Shown here one piece after another: positions 7,421 through 17,414 of a DNA stretch of 64,000 bases; the stretch's first letter is position 1; the number at the start of each line of letters is the position of its first letter. The stretch comes from Deltaproteobacteria bacterium (GTDB lineage Bacteria > Desulfobacterota > Desulfomonilia > UBA1062), in the NCBI GenBank assembly GCA_029547045.1, contig JAKPQL010000083.1, forward strand, positions 3,425 through 67,424. The letters are read 5' to 3'. The position numbers and the translations under genes are program-made. Below the pieces are notes generated by a model. That model did not search any database and was not told the origin of the DNA. It worked only from the letters and a program-made list of their open reading frames with translations.

Positions 7421-9833
7421 GGGCATCCTGCTCCTGGTCCTCATCGCCGCCATACCGGCCCTGGCAAATGCGGATCAGTTCGTCCTGAAGACGACGGACC
7501 CGGCGGTCTCGGACCACCTATCTGACATCCCCTGCGTGACCCTGTCTGCGTCTGCCCCCACCGAACTCGTGGTGGAACGGGGCGAGTCCATCGTCCGGGT
7601 ATCCGATGCCTCGGGCACAGGCTACAGCGCGTCGAGCCTGGGAGAGGCCGTGGACGGATACCTACGCCTCAAGGGGGTCTGCGTGGTCAGGGACGTGACC
7701 GTGACGGGCCATGTCCGCATCAGCCCCGAGGCGATCCGCTTCCGCATCAAGACCGCCAAGGGCGACATCCTGCACAAGAACGAGATCAAGAGGGACATCG
7801 AGCAGGTCTATGCCATGGGATACTTCGAGAAGTGCGACGCCACCTTCGAGGACAACGCCGTGGCGTTCGTGGTCAGGGAATACCCGGTCATCATGTCCAT
7901 CGAGGTAAAGGGCAACGAGGAGATCAAGGAGAAGGAGCTGCTGGAAACCATCGGCCTCAAGAAGTTCGACATCCTGAACACCCGCCTCCTCAAGACCAGC
8001 ACCGACCGCATCAAGGACTCCTACCGCCAGCGGGGATACTACAACGTGGAGGTGGCCACGGATACACGCCCCACCGAGGGCGGGATCGTCCTCACCTTCA
8101 CCATCACCGAGAACGAGCAGCTCTACATCGAGAAGATCTCCTTCGACGGGAACGTGAACATAGCGTCTGGCAAGCTCAAGGACGCCATGGAGACCAAGAC
8201 CCGCTGGCCGCTCGGCATCTTCGGCCACGAGGGTGCCTACCGTGACGCGGCGCTGGACACGGACCTGCTCCGCATCGAGCAGTACTACGGCGACAACGGG
8301 TACATGCAGGCAAAGGTGGGCAGGCCGAGGGTCGATATCCGGGAGGATGACGGCATCTACATCACCATCCCGGTCTTTGAAGGGCCGCTCTTCACCGTGG
8401 GCACCGTGGCAGTGGCCGGGGACCTCATCGTGCCCGAAGAGGAACTCCTGAAGGCCATCGACATCGCTCCGGGCGACGTCATGAGCAGGGCGAACATTCA
8501 GAAGGCCATGGGGAGCGTGCGGTCCATCTACACGGACAAGGGGTACGCCTATGTCCAGATCAAGCCCGAGAGCACCGAGGAGGACCAGAACCGGATCGGG
8601 CTCACCTTCCGCATCACCCAGGGCAAGCAGGTCACCATCGACACCATCCAGATCAGGGGGAACACCAAGACCAGGGACAAGGTCATCCGGCGCGAGCTCG
8701 AGATCGAGGAGGGCTCTACCTTCTCGTCGAGCGCCATCAGCTACAGCAAGGACAGCCTCGGCAGGCTCGGCTACTTCAGCTCGGCCACCATCGACCCGGT
8801 CCCCAGGGACGACTCCACCATGTCACTCCTGGTGGACGTGGAGGAGACCACCACGGGCAGCTTCTCCTTCGGCTTCGCCTACTCCTCCGAGGACGGCCCC
8901 ATGGCCACCACGAGCCTGAGCGAGATCAACCTGCTCGGCCGCGGCCTCAAGCTCAAGGGGAGCGTCGAATACGGCCCGGAGAAGAAGAACTTCTCCATCG
9001 ACGGGGAGGAGCCATGGCTCCTCGACCATAACCTGTCACTGGGCATGCGCGTCTACAACCTGGAAAAGGAGTACACCTACTACACCAAGAAGGCCCGAGG
9101 GGGAAACATACGGCTCGGCTACCCCCTCTGGGAGCGGTTCAGGCACAGCATCATCTATTCCTACGCCCACGTGTACGAGCTCGAGGACATCGACCCCCTC
9201 TACAGGCCCTCACTGAGCGAGGACGAGATCAACGGGGGGATAACGAGCAGCATCACCAATTCGATCTACCGCACCACCACCAACGACTACTTCCGGCCCA
9301 CCCGGGGCTCGGAGCTCAGTGCGTCCATCGAGTACGCAGGCCTCGGCGGTGACTTCCACTTCACCCGGGCCACCGCTTCCGCGGCCCAGTTCTTCCCGGT
9401 CTGGAGCGACAAACTCGCCTTGATGTTGAAAATGAGATGGGGTACAGTGAATGCCGCCCGGGGCGATACGATCCCCGAGTACGAGCGGTTCGACCTGGGG
9501 GGGTTGAATAGTGTCCGCGGATTCAAGTACGGCGAGATGGGGCCACAGGACAGCCTGGGCAACTTCATCGGTGGAGAACGGATGCTCGTCATGAACGCCG
9601 AGCTCACCTTTCCCCTGGGCCCGATTCCGGGACTGTACGGGGTCGTGTTTCACGACGAGGGGAACAGCTACGAAAAACGCATCGACCTGACAAACCTGAA
9701 AAAGTCCTATGGCGCGGGCATCAGGTGGGTGACGCCCATGGGGCCTCTGCGGCTGGAATACGCCCGGGTCATCAATCCGGAAGAGTACGAGTCCCCGTCA
9801 CGGTGGGACTTCTCCATCGGCACCTTCTTCTAG
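7401..9833 (+). CDS. bamA: Outer membrane protein assembly factor BamA
   Basis: Signal peptide, five POTRA repeats, GNTKTRDKVIRRE, VRGF motif, C-terminal FSIGTFF. TTG start. Confidence 0.95.
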   Translation: MNRPCRKGILLLVLIAAIPALANADQFVLKTTDPAVSDHLSDIPCVTLSASAPTELVVERGESIVRVSDASGTGYSASSLGEAVDGYLRLKGVCVVRDVTVTGHVRISPEAIRFRIKTAKGDILHKNEIKRDIEQVYAMGYFEKCDATFEDNAVAFVVREYPVIMSIEVKGNEEIKEKELLETIGLKKFDILNTRLLKTSTDRIKDSYRQRGYYNVEVATDTRPTEGGIVLTFTITENEQLYIEKISFDGNVNIASGKLKDAMETKTRWPLGIFGHEGAYRDAALDTDLLRIEQYYGDNGYMQAKVGRPRVDIREDDGIYITIPVFEGPLFTVGTVAVAGDLIVPEEELLKAIDIAPGDVMSRANIQKAMGSVRSIYTDKGYAYVQIKPESTEEDQNRIGLTFRITQGKQVTIDTIQIRGNTKTRDKVIRRELEIEEGSTFSSSAISYSKDSLGRLGYFSSATIDPVPRDDSTMSLLVDVEETTTGSFSFGFAYSSEDGPMATTSLSEINLLGRGLKLKGSVEYGPEKKNFSIDGEEPWLLDHNLSLGMRVYNLEKEYTYYTKKARGGNIRLGYPLWERFRHSIIYSYAHVYELEDIDPLYRPSLSEDEINGGITSSITNSIYRTTTNDYFRPTRGSELSASIEYAGLGGDFHFTRATASAAQFFPVWSDKLALMLKMRWGTVNAARGDTIPEYERFDLGGLNSVRGFKYGEMGPQDSLGNFIGGERMLVMNAELTFPLGPIPGLYGVVFHDEGNSYEKRIDLTNLKKSYGAGIRWVTPMGPLRLEYARVINPEEYESPSRWDFSIGTFF

Positions 9834-9863
9834 ATAAACGGAAACCATATGAGAGGAGCAGAT

Positions 9864-10400
9864 ATGACCAGATGCATGACTGTCGCGTGCGCCGCACTGA
9901 TGGTGGTCTTCTTTGCAGGAGCCGTCCCGGCCCAGGAGCTCAAGATCGTGTACATCGATTCCCAGAAGGTCCTGGCGGATTCCATGGTTGGCAAGGAAGC
10001 CTTTGCGAAGCTGAAGTCCATGAGCGAATCCAAGGAGGCAGATCTCAAGAAGAAGGAAACCAAGATCAAGGGCCTTTCGGACCAGCTCCAGGCCAAGTCC
10101 GCCACCATGAAACCCGAAGCCAAGGATGACCTCCAGAAGCAGTACGAGAGAGAGGTAAAGGACTTCAACCGAGCCTACAAGGAGGCCCAGGAGGACCTGA
10201 GGTCCGAGGAGATGAAGATCCTGAAACCCTGGACCAAGGACCTCGAGGACATCATCAAGGACTACGGCAAGAAGAACAAGATCGATCTCATCCTGGACAA
10301 GACAAACCCGGTGGTGGTCTATGCATCGGACAGGATCGACATCACCGCGGCCATCGTGGAACTCTTCGACAAACACTACCAGCAGAAGAAATCCAAGTAA
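9864..10400 (+). CDS. skp: Periplasmic chaperone Skp/OmpH
   Basis: Signal peptide, KIVYIDSQKVL, coiled coil, DITAAIV. Located between bamA and lpxD. Confidence 0.88.
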   Translation: MTRCMTVACAALMVVFFAGAVPAQELKIVYIDSQKVLADSMVGKEAFAKLKSMSESKEADLKKKETKIKGLSDQLQAKSATMKPEAKDDLQKQYEREVKDFNRAYKEAQEDLRSEEMKILKPWTKDLEDIIKDYGKKNKIDLILDKTNPVVVYASDRIDITAAIVELFDKHYQQKKSK

Positions 10401-10409
10401 GGGAAGACC

Positions 10410-11420
10410 ATGCTGCTGTCCAGGCTGACTGAGATCCTCGGCGGGACCCTTCAGGGCCAGGACCGGGAGATCACCGGGGCCTCCACCCTGGAGGAGGCCT
10501 CCGCCACGGACATCTCCTTCCTGGCGAATCCCAGGTATCGCGACAAGGCCATGGCGACCGGTGCGGGGGCCATCATCGTGCAGGAACTGCTCCCCCGGGA
10601 CATACCGCAGATCCGTGCGGACAACCCCTACCTCTGGTTCGCCCGGGCGCTCGCGCTCCTCTATCCCGACAAGCCGGTGCAGCAGGGCGTCTCGAGCATG
10701 GCCTGTGTGCACCCCGAGGCCAGGGTGCATGAGAGTGCCTGCATCCACCCCCACGTATACGTGGGAAAGGGCGCATGCGTATCCGAGGGCTGCATCGTCC
10801 ACCCGGGGTGCTTCATCGGGGACGGGGCCAGCGTGGGAGATCACACCGTCATGCACCCCAACGTGGTGGTCTACGACGGGTGCATGGTGGGCTCCCACTG
10901 CATCCTGCACGCGGGCGTCGTCATCGGCTCCGACGGGTTCGGGTTCGCCTGGGACGGCAAGCGCCACGTCAAGGTGCCCCAGAAGGGTATCGTCATCATC
11001 GGAGACCACGTGGAGATCGGCGCCAACTGCACCATCGACCGGGCAGCGCTCACGAGCACCCGGATCGGATCGGGCGTGAAGATGGACAACCTCGTCCAGA
11101 TCGGCCACAACGTCGTGGTGGGGGACCACACCATCCTCGTGGCCCAGACCGGCATCTCGGGCAGCGCGCACATCGGTGCCGGGGTGGTCCTGGCAGGCCA
11201 GTGCGGTGTTGCGGGACACATCACCATCGGCGACAGGGTCACCGCCGCGGCCAGGACGGGTATCGCCACGGACGTCCCCGCGGGAAAGGTGATCGCGGGG
11301 TTCCCCTCCATGGACCACGGCCACTGGCTGCGGGTGCAGGCCGTCTACAAGACCCTGCCCGAACTCCTCAAGAGGGTCCGGGAACTGGAAAGGAAGGTGA
11401 AGGACCTTGCCACGGATTGA
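10410..11420 (+). CDS. lpxD: UDP-3-O-acylglucosamine N-acyltransferase
   Basis: Hexapeptide repeats, GSDGFGF, IGANCTIDRA, KMDNLVQIGHN. Confidence 0.95.
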   Translation: MLLSRLTEILGGTLQGQDREITGASTLEEASATDISFLANPRYRDKAMATGAGAIIVQELLPRDIPQIRADNPYLWFARALALLYPDKPVQQGVSSMACVHPEARVHESACIHPHVYVGKGACVSEGCIVHPGCFIGDGASVGDHTVMHPNVVVYDGCMVGSHCILHAGVVIGSDGFGFAWDGKRHVKVPQKGIVIIGDHVEIGANCTIDRAALTSTRIGSGVKMDNLVQIGHNVVVGDHTILVAQTGISGSAHIGAGVVLAGQCGVAGHITIGDRVTAAARTGIATDVPAGKVIAGFPSMDHGHWLRVQAVYKTLPELLKRVRELERKVKDLATD

Positions 11421-12183
11421 TCCCACCGCACGGGTGTCGGACGCCGCGTCCCTTGCCCCGGGCGTCACCATAGGGCCCTACAGCGTGATATCACACGGCG
11501 TGAGCATCGGCGAAGACACCGCTGTGGGCCCCTTCTGCCTCATCGAGGGCCCCACCGACATCGGCAGGGGATGCACCTTCACGGGGTATGCGAGCATCGG
11601 CACCCCGCCCCAGGACCATTCCTACCGCGGGGAGGACACGCGCCTGTCCATTGGCGACAACAACACGTTCCGCGAGTTCGTCACCGTGAACCGCGGCACG
11701 GCCAAGGACAAGGCCCTGACCACCATCGGCAGCAACAACCTCATCATGGCCTACTGCCACGTGGCCCACGACTGCGTGGTGGGAGACCGCGTGGTCATGG
11801 GCAACCAGGCGACCCTGGCCGGCCACGTGGAGGTGCAGAGCAACGCCATCATCGGAGGGCTCTCCGCAATGCATCAGTTCACGCGGGTGGGCGCCTACGC
11901 CATCGTGGGTGGAGGGTCCATGGTGAGCCTGGACGTGGTGCCCTATGCCAAGGCCTCGGGGGACCGGGCCTCGCTCTACGGGGTGAACACCATCGGGCTG
12001 AAGCGGGGCGGGTTCACCAAAGAGCAGATCTCGAACATCGAGAAGGCCTACCGTATCCTGTTCAAGCAGGGGCTCCTCCTCAAGGACGCCCTTGTCCTCC
12101 TGGAACAGGATTTCGCCCATGCCCCGGAGATAGGCCGGCTCCTCGACTTCCTGAAGACCACCCGCAGGGGGATCGCGCGGTGA
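11407..12183 (+). CDS. lpxA: Acyl-ACP--UDP-GlcNAc acyltransferase
   Basis: PQD, REFVTVNRGT, MAYCHVAHDC, LAGHV, HQFTRVG. TTG start. Confidence 0.95.
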   Translation: MPRIDPTARVSDAASLAPGVTIGPYSVISHGVSIGEDTAVGPFCLIEGPTDIGRGCTFTGYASIGTPPQDHSYRGEDTRLSIGDNNTFREFVTVNRGTAKDKALTTIGSNNLIMAYCHVAHDCVVGDRVVMGNQATLAGHVEVQSNAIIGGLSAMHQFTRVGAYAIVGGGSMVSLDVVPYAKASGDRASLYGVNTIGLKRGGFTKEQISNIEKAYRILFKQGLLLKDALVLLEQDFAHAPEIGRLLDFLKTTRRGIAR

Positions 12184-13106
12184 GACGGCTGAAGGTGGCG
12201 GTGATCGGGGTGGGCTACCTGGGGCGCTTCCATGCCCAGAAGTACGCAGCCATGGACAATGTCGACCTGGTGGGCGTGGTCGACACGGATCTGGCCCGGG
12301 CCGAGGAGGTCGCCCGGGAGGTGGGCACGGGGGCCTTCACGTCTGTGGACCCCCTCAGGGACAGGATCGAGGCGGCAAGCGTGGCCGTCCCCACCACCCT
12401 GCACGCGGAGGTGGCCATCCCCCTGCTGAAGGCCGGCATCCCGGTGCTGCTGGAAAAGCCCATCGCGGGAACCATCCCGGAGGCCGAGGCCATCATCAGC
12501 GCCATGCGGCAGGGGGGTACGATCCTCCAGATCGGGCATCTGGAACGGTTCAACCCCGCCCTGCTGGAACTCAAGGGGAGCATCCGCGACCCCATGTTCA
12601 TCGAGGCCCACCGCATCAGCCCCTTCAGGGCACGGGGCACGGACGTGGACGTGATCCTCGACGTCATGATCCACGACCTGGACATCATCCTCGCCCTGGT
12701 GGGCTCCCCCGTGGCGTCCATGGAGGCGGTGGGCGTGCCCGTGCTCACCGACGGGGTGGACATCGCAAACGCCCGGCTCCGCTTCGAAAACGGCTGCATC
12801 GCGAATATCACTGCCAGCCGGGTGAGCGCGGACGTCATGCGCAAGATCAGGATCTTCCAGAAGGACTCCTACATCTCCCTGGACTTCGCCAAGGCCACGG
12901 CCGACGTGTACTCCCTGACGAAGGCCAGGGAAATCACCCACAAGCACCTGGCCATATCCGAGTCCGACGCCCTGGCCGGCGAGATCCGCTCCTTCGTGGA
13001 TGCGGCCCTGCACGCAGGGTCCGTGGTGGTGGACGGGGAAGCAGGGCTCAAGGCCCTCCAGATGGCCTATGCCATCAAGGACTCCCTCATAGTGCCCAAG
13101 CGATGA
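12180..13106 (+). CDS. Gfo/Idh/MocA oxidoreductase (GnnA-like UDP-GlcNAc 3-dehydrogenase)
   Basis: GTG start overlapping the lpxA stop. VIGVGYLGRFHA, EKPIA, GHLERFNPA, DVMIHDLD. Lies between lpxA and lpxB. Confidence 0.8.
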   Translation: MRRLKVAVIGVGYLGRFHAQKYAAMDNVDLVGVVDTDLARAEEVAREVGTGAFTSVDPLRDRIEAASVAVPTTLHAEVAIPLLKAGIPVLLEKPIAGTIPEAEAIISAMRQGGTILQIGHLERFNPALLELKGSIRDPMFIEAHRISPFRARGTDVDVILDVMIHDLDIILALVGSPVASMEAVGVPVLTDGVDIANARLRFENGCIANITASRVSADVMRKIRIFQKDSYISLDFAKATADVYSLTKAREITHKHLAISESDALAGEIRSFVDAALHAGSVVVDGEAGLKALQMAYAIKDSLIVPKR

Positions 13107-14200
13107 GCGAGTGCACGATCCTCATGGTGGCGGGCGAGGCGAGCGCCGACGCCCATGCCGCACAGGTGATCAGGGCGCTGCGGGCGCTGATGCCCCACTG
13201 CAGGTTCGTCGGCATGGGCGGGCCCCGGATGCAAGAGGCGGGCATGGAGTGTGCCTGGGGCATGGACGAGCTCTCGGTGATGGGGTTCACGGATGTGGCC
13301 CGGCGCATCAGGCACATCTACCGCGTCTTTGCAGGCATCAAGGAGCTCATGGGGACGCAGAGGCCGTCGCTCTTCATCCCCGTGGACCTGCCGGATTTCA
13401 ACATGCGCCTCTGCCGGCACGCCAGGGACCTCGGCATCAGGGTGCTCTACTACATCGCGCCCCAGGCGTGGGCATGGAGGCGCTCCCGGGCCCGGACCCT
13501 GGCCCGGATCACCGACGGCCTGGCCGTCATCTTCCCCTTCGAGGAGGCCTTCTTCCGGGCATCCGGGGTCAACGCCCGGTACGTGGGGCACCCCTTCATG
13601 GAGGATGCCGGACAGATACCAGGCTCCATGTCCTCGTGGCCCCCCCGGCGTATCGCCATGCTGCCCGGGAGCAGGCGCCACGAGATCAGCCGGATCCTGC
13701 CCGTCATGATGGACGCCAAGCGGCGCATCGCTCTGACACACCCGGGCCTCGACTGGGTCCTGCCCGTGGCCCGCGGGATCGACCCTGCAGCAGTCCGCGT
13801 CCTGACCGACCCGGACGTGCGGCTTGCGGATTCTCTGCCCGAGGTGGATCTGGCCATGGTGAAGTCGGGCACCTCCTCCCTGGAGGTGGCGATCCGGGGG
13901 GCGCCGGGCGTCATCTGCTACAAGACGTCGCTGGTGAATTATCTCCTTGCAAGGATCTTCGTAAAGATCCACCATATCGGCATGCCCAACATCATCGCAG
14001 GCAGCACCGTCATGCCCGAGCTCATCCAGGCCGACCTCACCGGCGAGTCCCTGGCCCAGACCATGCTGGCCTACCTGGAAGACCGCGGCCGCTTCGAGAC
14101 GGCCCGGCAGGCATGCACGGGGCTGCGCCATGTCCTGGGACCGAAGAAGGCCTCCACCGAAGTGGCCCGGTGGGCCCGCGAACTGCTGGAGGCCGCATGA
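13103..14200 (+). CDS. lpxB: Lipid-A-disaccharide synthase
   Basis: VAGEASAD, DLPDFN, YYIAPQAWAWR, YVGHP, LPGSR, SGTSSLE, PELIQ. Confidence 0.95.
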   Translation: MSECTILMVAGEASADAHAAQVIRALRALMPHCRFVGMGGPRMQEAGMECAWGMDELSVMGFTDVARRIRHIYRVFAGIKELMGTQRPSLFIPVDLPDFNMRLCRHARDLGIRVLYYIAPQAWAWRRSRARTLARITDGLAVIFPFEEAFFRASGVNARYVGHPFMEDAGQIPGSMSSWPPRRIAMLPGSRRHEISRILPVMMDAKRRIALTHPGLDWVLPVARGIDPAAVRVLTDPDVRLADSLPEVDLAMVKSGTSSLEVAIRGAPGVICYKTSLVNYLLARIFVKIHHIGMPNIIAGSTVMPELIQADLTGESLAQTMLAYLEDRGRFETARQACTGLRHVLGPKKASTEVARWARELLEAA

Positions 14201-15933
14201 GGGACCTCGGCGTCTACCGCAGGCTGCTCACCTACCTGAAGCCCTACCGCCCGAAGCTCGCGGCCTCCATCGTCCTCACCGCCATCATCGCGGCATCCAT
14301 GCCGGCCATCGCCCTGCTCGTGAAGAACGTGATGGACGACGTCTTCATCGCCAGGGACATGTTCATGCTCAAGCTCATCGCCGGTGCCATCGTCGCCATC
14401 TACCTCATCAAGACGGTGTGCGACTACTTCAGCTTCTACTTCATGAACGACGTGGGCCAGAGCGTGATCAGGGACATCCGCGACAGGCTCTACGGCCACA
14501 TCCAGACACTGTCCATGCCCTTCTTCATCCGTACCCCCACGGGCATCCTCATGAGCCGCATCACCAACGACGTGAACCTGGTGCAGCTCTCGGTGACCGA
14601 GAGCGTCACCGAGTTCATCCGGCAGACGCTGACGCTCATCGGTCTGATCTGCGCGGTCTTCTACCGCGACTGGCAGCTCGCGCTCCTGGCCATGCTCGTG
14701 TTCCCCCTGGTCGTCTACCCCATCAACCGCTTCGGCCAGCGCCTGAAACGTTACTCCACCCGGAGCATGAAGGTCATGGGCAGCGTCATGAGCATCCTGA
14801 ACGAGGCCATCAGCGGCATCAGGATCGTCAAGGCCTACTCCATGGAGGACTACGAGACAGACCGCTTCGCGAAGGAGAACATGAACTACTACCGGAACTG
14901 GATGAAGCGGGTCTCGGTGCGGGCCCTGTCGGGCCCCCTCCTGGAGCTCATCGGCGGCCTCGGAACGGCCCTGCTCCTGTGGTACGGGGGCTCGCGGGTC
15001 ATCGAAGGAGCCATGTCCCCGGGCGACTTCCTGTCCTTCATAACCGCCCTGTCCCTGCTCTACTCCCCCATCCGGAAGCTCAACAAGGTAAACATCGAGA
15101 TCCAGGAGGGCATCGCTGCATCACGCAGGATCTTCGAGCTCATGGACACCCAGCCAGAGATCATGGAAAAGCCCAATGCCATCGAGCTGGGCCGGGTCCC
15201 GGGGGACTTCGAGCTCAAGGGCGTATGGTTCAGCTATACGAATGACGAAACCTATGCCCTCCAGGACATCAGCTTCTCCGTGGATAAAGGCTCCACCGTT
15301 GCCCTCGTGGGGGAGTCGGGGTCAGGCAAGTCCACGGTGGCCAACCTCATGCCCCGCTTCTTCGACGTGAGCAGGGGGGCGATCCTCGTCTCGGGCACCG
15401 ACATCAGGGACGTCACCCTGCGCTCGTTGCGCGACAACATGGCACTGGTAACCCAGGAGATGATCCTGTTCGACGACACCATCCGGAACAACATCGCCTA
15501 CGGCACGAGATCCGCCACCTTCGAGGAGGTCGTGGAGGCGGCCAGGGCCGCCAATGCTCACGACTTCATCTCGGCGCTGCCCGACGGGTACGACACGGTG
15601 GTGGGAGAGAGCGGGGTGAGGCTCTCGGGCGGCCAACGCCAGCGGATCTGCATTGCCCGGGCCATTGTCAGGAACGCGCCCATCCTCATCCTGGACGAGG
15701 CCACCTCGTCCCTGGACACGGAAAGCGAGCGGGAGGTCCAGGCCGCCCTGGAGCGCCTCATGCAGGGCAGGACCACCCTGGTCATCGCCCACAGGCTCTC
15801 CACGATTGTCAATGCGGACAAGATCATCGTGCTCAGCAAGGGCCGCGTGGTGGAACAGGGGACCCACCGGGAACTCCTGGCCGGCGGCGGCCATTATGCG
15901 AGGCTCCATGCCCTCCAGTTCGGGAATTCGTAA
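14197..15933 (+). CDS. msbA: Lipid A ABC exporter MsbA
   Basis: TM domain plus NBD (GESGSGKST, LSGGQRQR, LDEATSSLD). ATGA overlap with lpxB. Confidence 0.9.
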   Translation: MRDLGVYRRLLTYLKPYRPKLAASIVLTAIIAASMPAIALLVKNVMDDVFIARDMFMLKLIAGAIVAIYLIKTVCDYFSFYFMNDVGQSVIRDIRDRLYGHIQTLSMPFFIRTPTGILMSRITNDVNLVQLSVTESVTEFIRQTLTLIGLICAVFYRDWQLALLAMLVFPLVVYPINRFGQRLKRYSTRSMKVMGSVMSILNEAISGIRIVKAYSMEDYETDRFAKENMNYYRNWMKRVSVRALSGPLLELIGGLGTALLLWYGGSRVIEGAMSPGDFLSFITALSLLYSPIRKLNKVNIEIQEGIAASRRIFELMDTQPEIMEKPNAIELGRVPGDFELKGVWFSYTNDETYALQDISFSVDKGSTVALVGESGSGKSTVANLMPRFFDVSRGAILVSGTDIRDVTLRSLRDNMALVTQEMILFDDTIRNNIAYGTRSATFEEVVEAARAANAHDFISALPDGYDTVVGESGVRLSGGQRQRICIARAIVRNAPILILDEATSSLDTESEREVQAALERLMQGRTTLVIAHRLSTIVNADKIIVLSKGRVVEQGTHRELLAGGGHYARLHALQFGNS

Positions 15934-16888
15934 CCTCCTGGCGGTCGTCTACGGCGCCGCCATCAGGGTACGGGATACCCTGTACGACATAGGCGCCCTC
16001 CCGGTCCGGGCCGTACCGTCCGTGGTGGTGAGCGTGGGCAACATCGAGGCCGGCGGCACCGGCAAGACCCCCTTCACCATGGCCCTGGTCTCCATCCTCG
16101 CGTCGCGGGGCATACGCACCTGTGTCGTGACCCGGGGCTACCGGGGCAGACTCTCTGGCCCGGTGGTGGTGAGGCCGGACCACGCGAGCGAGGAAGTGGG
16201 AGACGAGGCCCTGCTCATGGCCAGGACGCTGAGCGTACCGGTCATCAAGAGCCCGGACCGCATCAGGGGTGCACTGCTGGCAAGGGTATGCTGCGGCGCC
16301 GAGGTGGTGGTCCTTGACGACGGATTCCAGCACCGCAGGATCCGTCGCGACCTGGACATCGTGTTGGTGAGCCGGGACGTCTCGAAGGAGCGGCTTCTGC
16401 CCGCAGGACCGCTGCGGGAGCATGCGGGCGCCCTGGCGAGGGCCCATCACGTGGTCGCCATGAAGGGCTCGGGGTTCCCGGGGCTCGCGGCCGATCTCAG
16501 ACCCCAATGCCTGGTGGGCACGGACGGCAGAACCTCGTCGCTCGACACCCTTGCGGGCAGGAGCATCCTCGCCTTCTGCGCCATCGGGAGGCCTGAGCAC
16601 TTCTTCGGCATGCTCAAAGGCATGTGCTCCCGCCTGGACCGCATCGCCTATCCCGACCACCACCGCTACACCCGGGGGGATGTAGCGGCAATCATGGATC
16701 GGGCGTCAATGGCCGACCTGATCGTGACCACGGAAAAGGACCTGGTGAAGATCGACCCGACCTGGCTGTCAGGGATTGCGGAGCGGGTCAGGGCCGTGAG
16801 AGTATCCCTGGACATGCCGGGGCTCGAGGACATAGCAGATGGGATCGAAGAACTCGCACGAATGCGCCGTGTTCCTGGACAGGGATGA
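15908..16888 (+). CDS. lpxK: Tetraacyldisaccharide 4'-kinase
   Basis: SVGNIEAGGTGKTP, TRGY, GDEA, LDDGFQH, PAGPLRE, PDHH, TTEKD. Confidence 0.93.
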   Translation: MPSSSGIRNLLAVVYGAAIRVRDTLYDIGALPVRAVPSVVVSVGNIEAGGTGKTPFTMALVSILASRGIRTCVVTRGYRGRLSGPVVVRPDHASEEVGDEALLMARTLSVPVIKSPDRIRGALLARVCCGAEVVVLDDGFQHRRIRRDLDIVLVSRDVSKERLLPAGPLREHAGALARAHHVVAMKGSGFPGLAADLRPQCLVGTDGRTSSLDTLAGRSILAFCAIGRPEHFFGMLKGMCSRLDRIAYPDHHRYTRGDVAAIMDRASMADLIVTTEKDLVKIDPTWLSGIAERVRAVRVSLDMPGLEDIADGIEELARMRRVPGQG

Positions 16889-17414
16889 CACCCTCATCCG
16901 CGACACCGGCTACCTGAGCGACCCGGATGGCATCGAGATCCTCCCCGGGGCCGTGGAGGGCTTGCGACTGCTCAACGAGGCGGGGATACCGGCCATCGTG
17001 GTCACCAACCAGTCGGCCATCGCCCGGGGCCTGCTGGACGAGAAGACCCTCCATGTCATCCATGCACGGCTGCTGAAAATGTTCCGGGCCCGAGGCGTGC
17101 GCATCGATGCCCTGTACTACTGTCCCCACCACCCCCAGGCCATTGTCGAGCAGTACCGCGTCGCCTGCTCCTGCCGTAAGCCCGAGCCGGGCATGCTGCT
17201 GGAGGCGGCCCGCGATTTCTCCCTGGATCTGCGGCGCTGTTGTCTGGTAGGGGACAAGGCGGAGGACATCCAGGCCATCCACCGGGTGGGAGGAACCGGG
17301 GTCCTCATCCTGACAGACAGGCAGGTCCGGCTGGAGCCGGGCCCCGAGTACACCGCCTTGGACCTCCGGGACGCGGTGGAGTGGATACTGGAGAACAGGA
17401 CGCCATGCACGTGA
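16839..17414 (+). CDS. gmhB: D-glycero-D-manno-heptose 1,7-bisphosphate phosphatase-like HAD-IIIA
   Basis: AVFLDRDDT, VTNQS, YCPHHP...CSCRKPEPGM, VGDK. Confidence 0.85.
   Translation: MGSKNSHECAVFLDRDDTLIRDTGYLSDPDGIEILPGAVEGLRLLNEAGIPAIVVTNQSAIARGLLDEKTLHVIHARLLKMFRARGVRIDALYYCPHHPQAIVEQYRVACSCRKPEPGMLLEAARDFSLDLRRCCLVGDKAEDIQAIHRVGGTGVLILTDRQVRLEPGPEYTALDLRDAVEWILENRTPCT

Noticed and set aside
13111-14196. Long N-terminal extensions in the ORF track (msbA, gnnA-like, pilQ, ecfA, cheB, HemN-like) suggesting fusions
   Set aside because: They are alternative-frame read-through of upstream genes; real starts with RBS or ATGA overlaps lie downstream.
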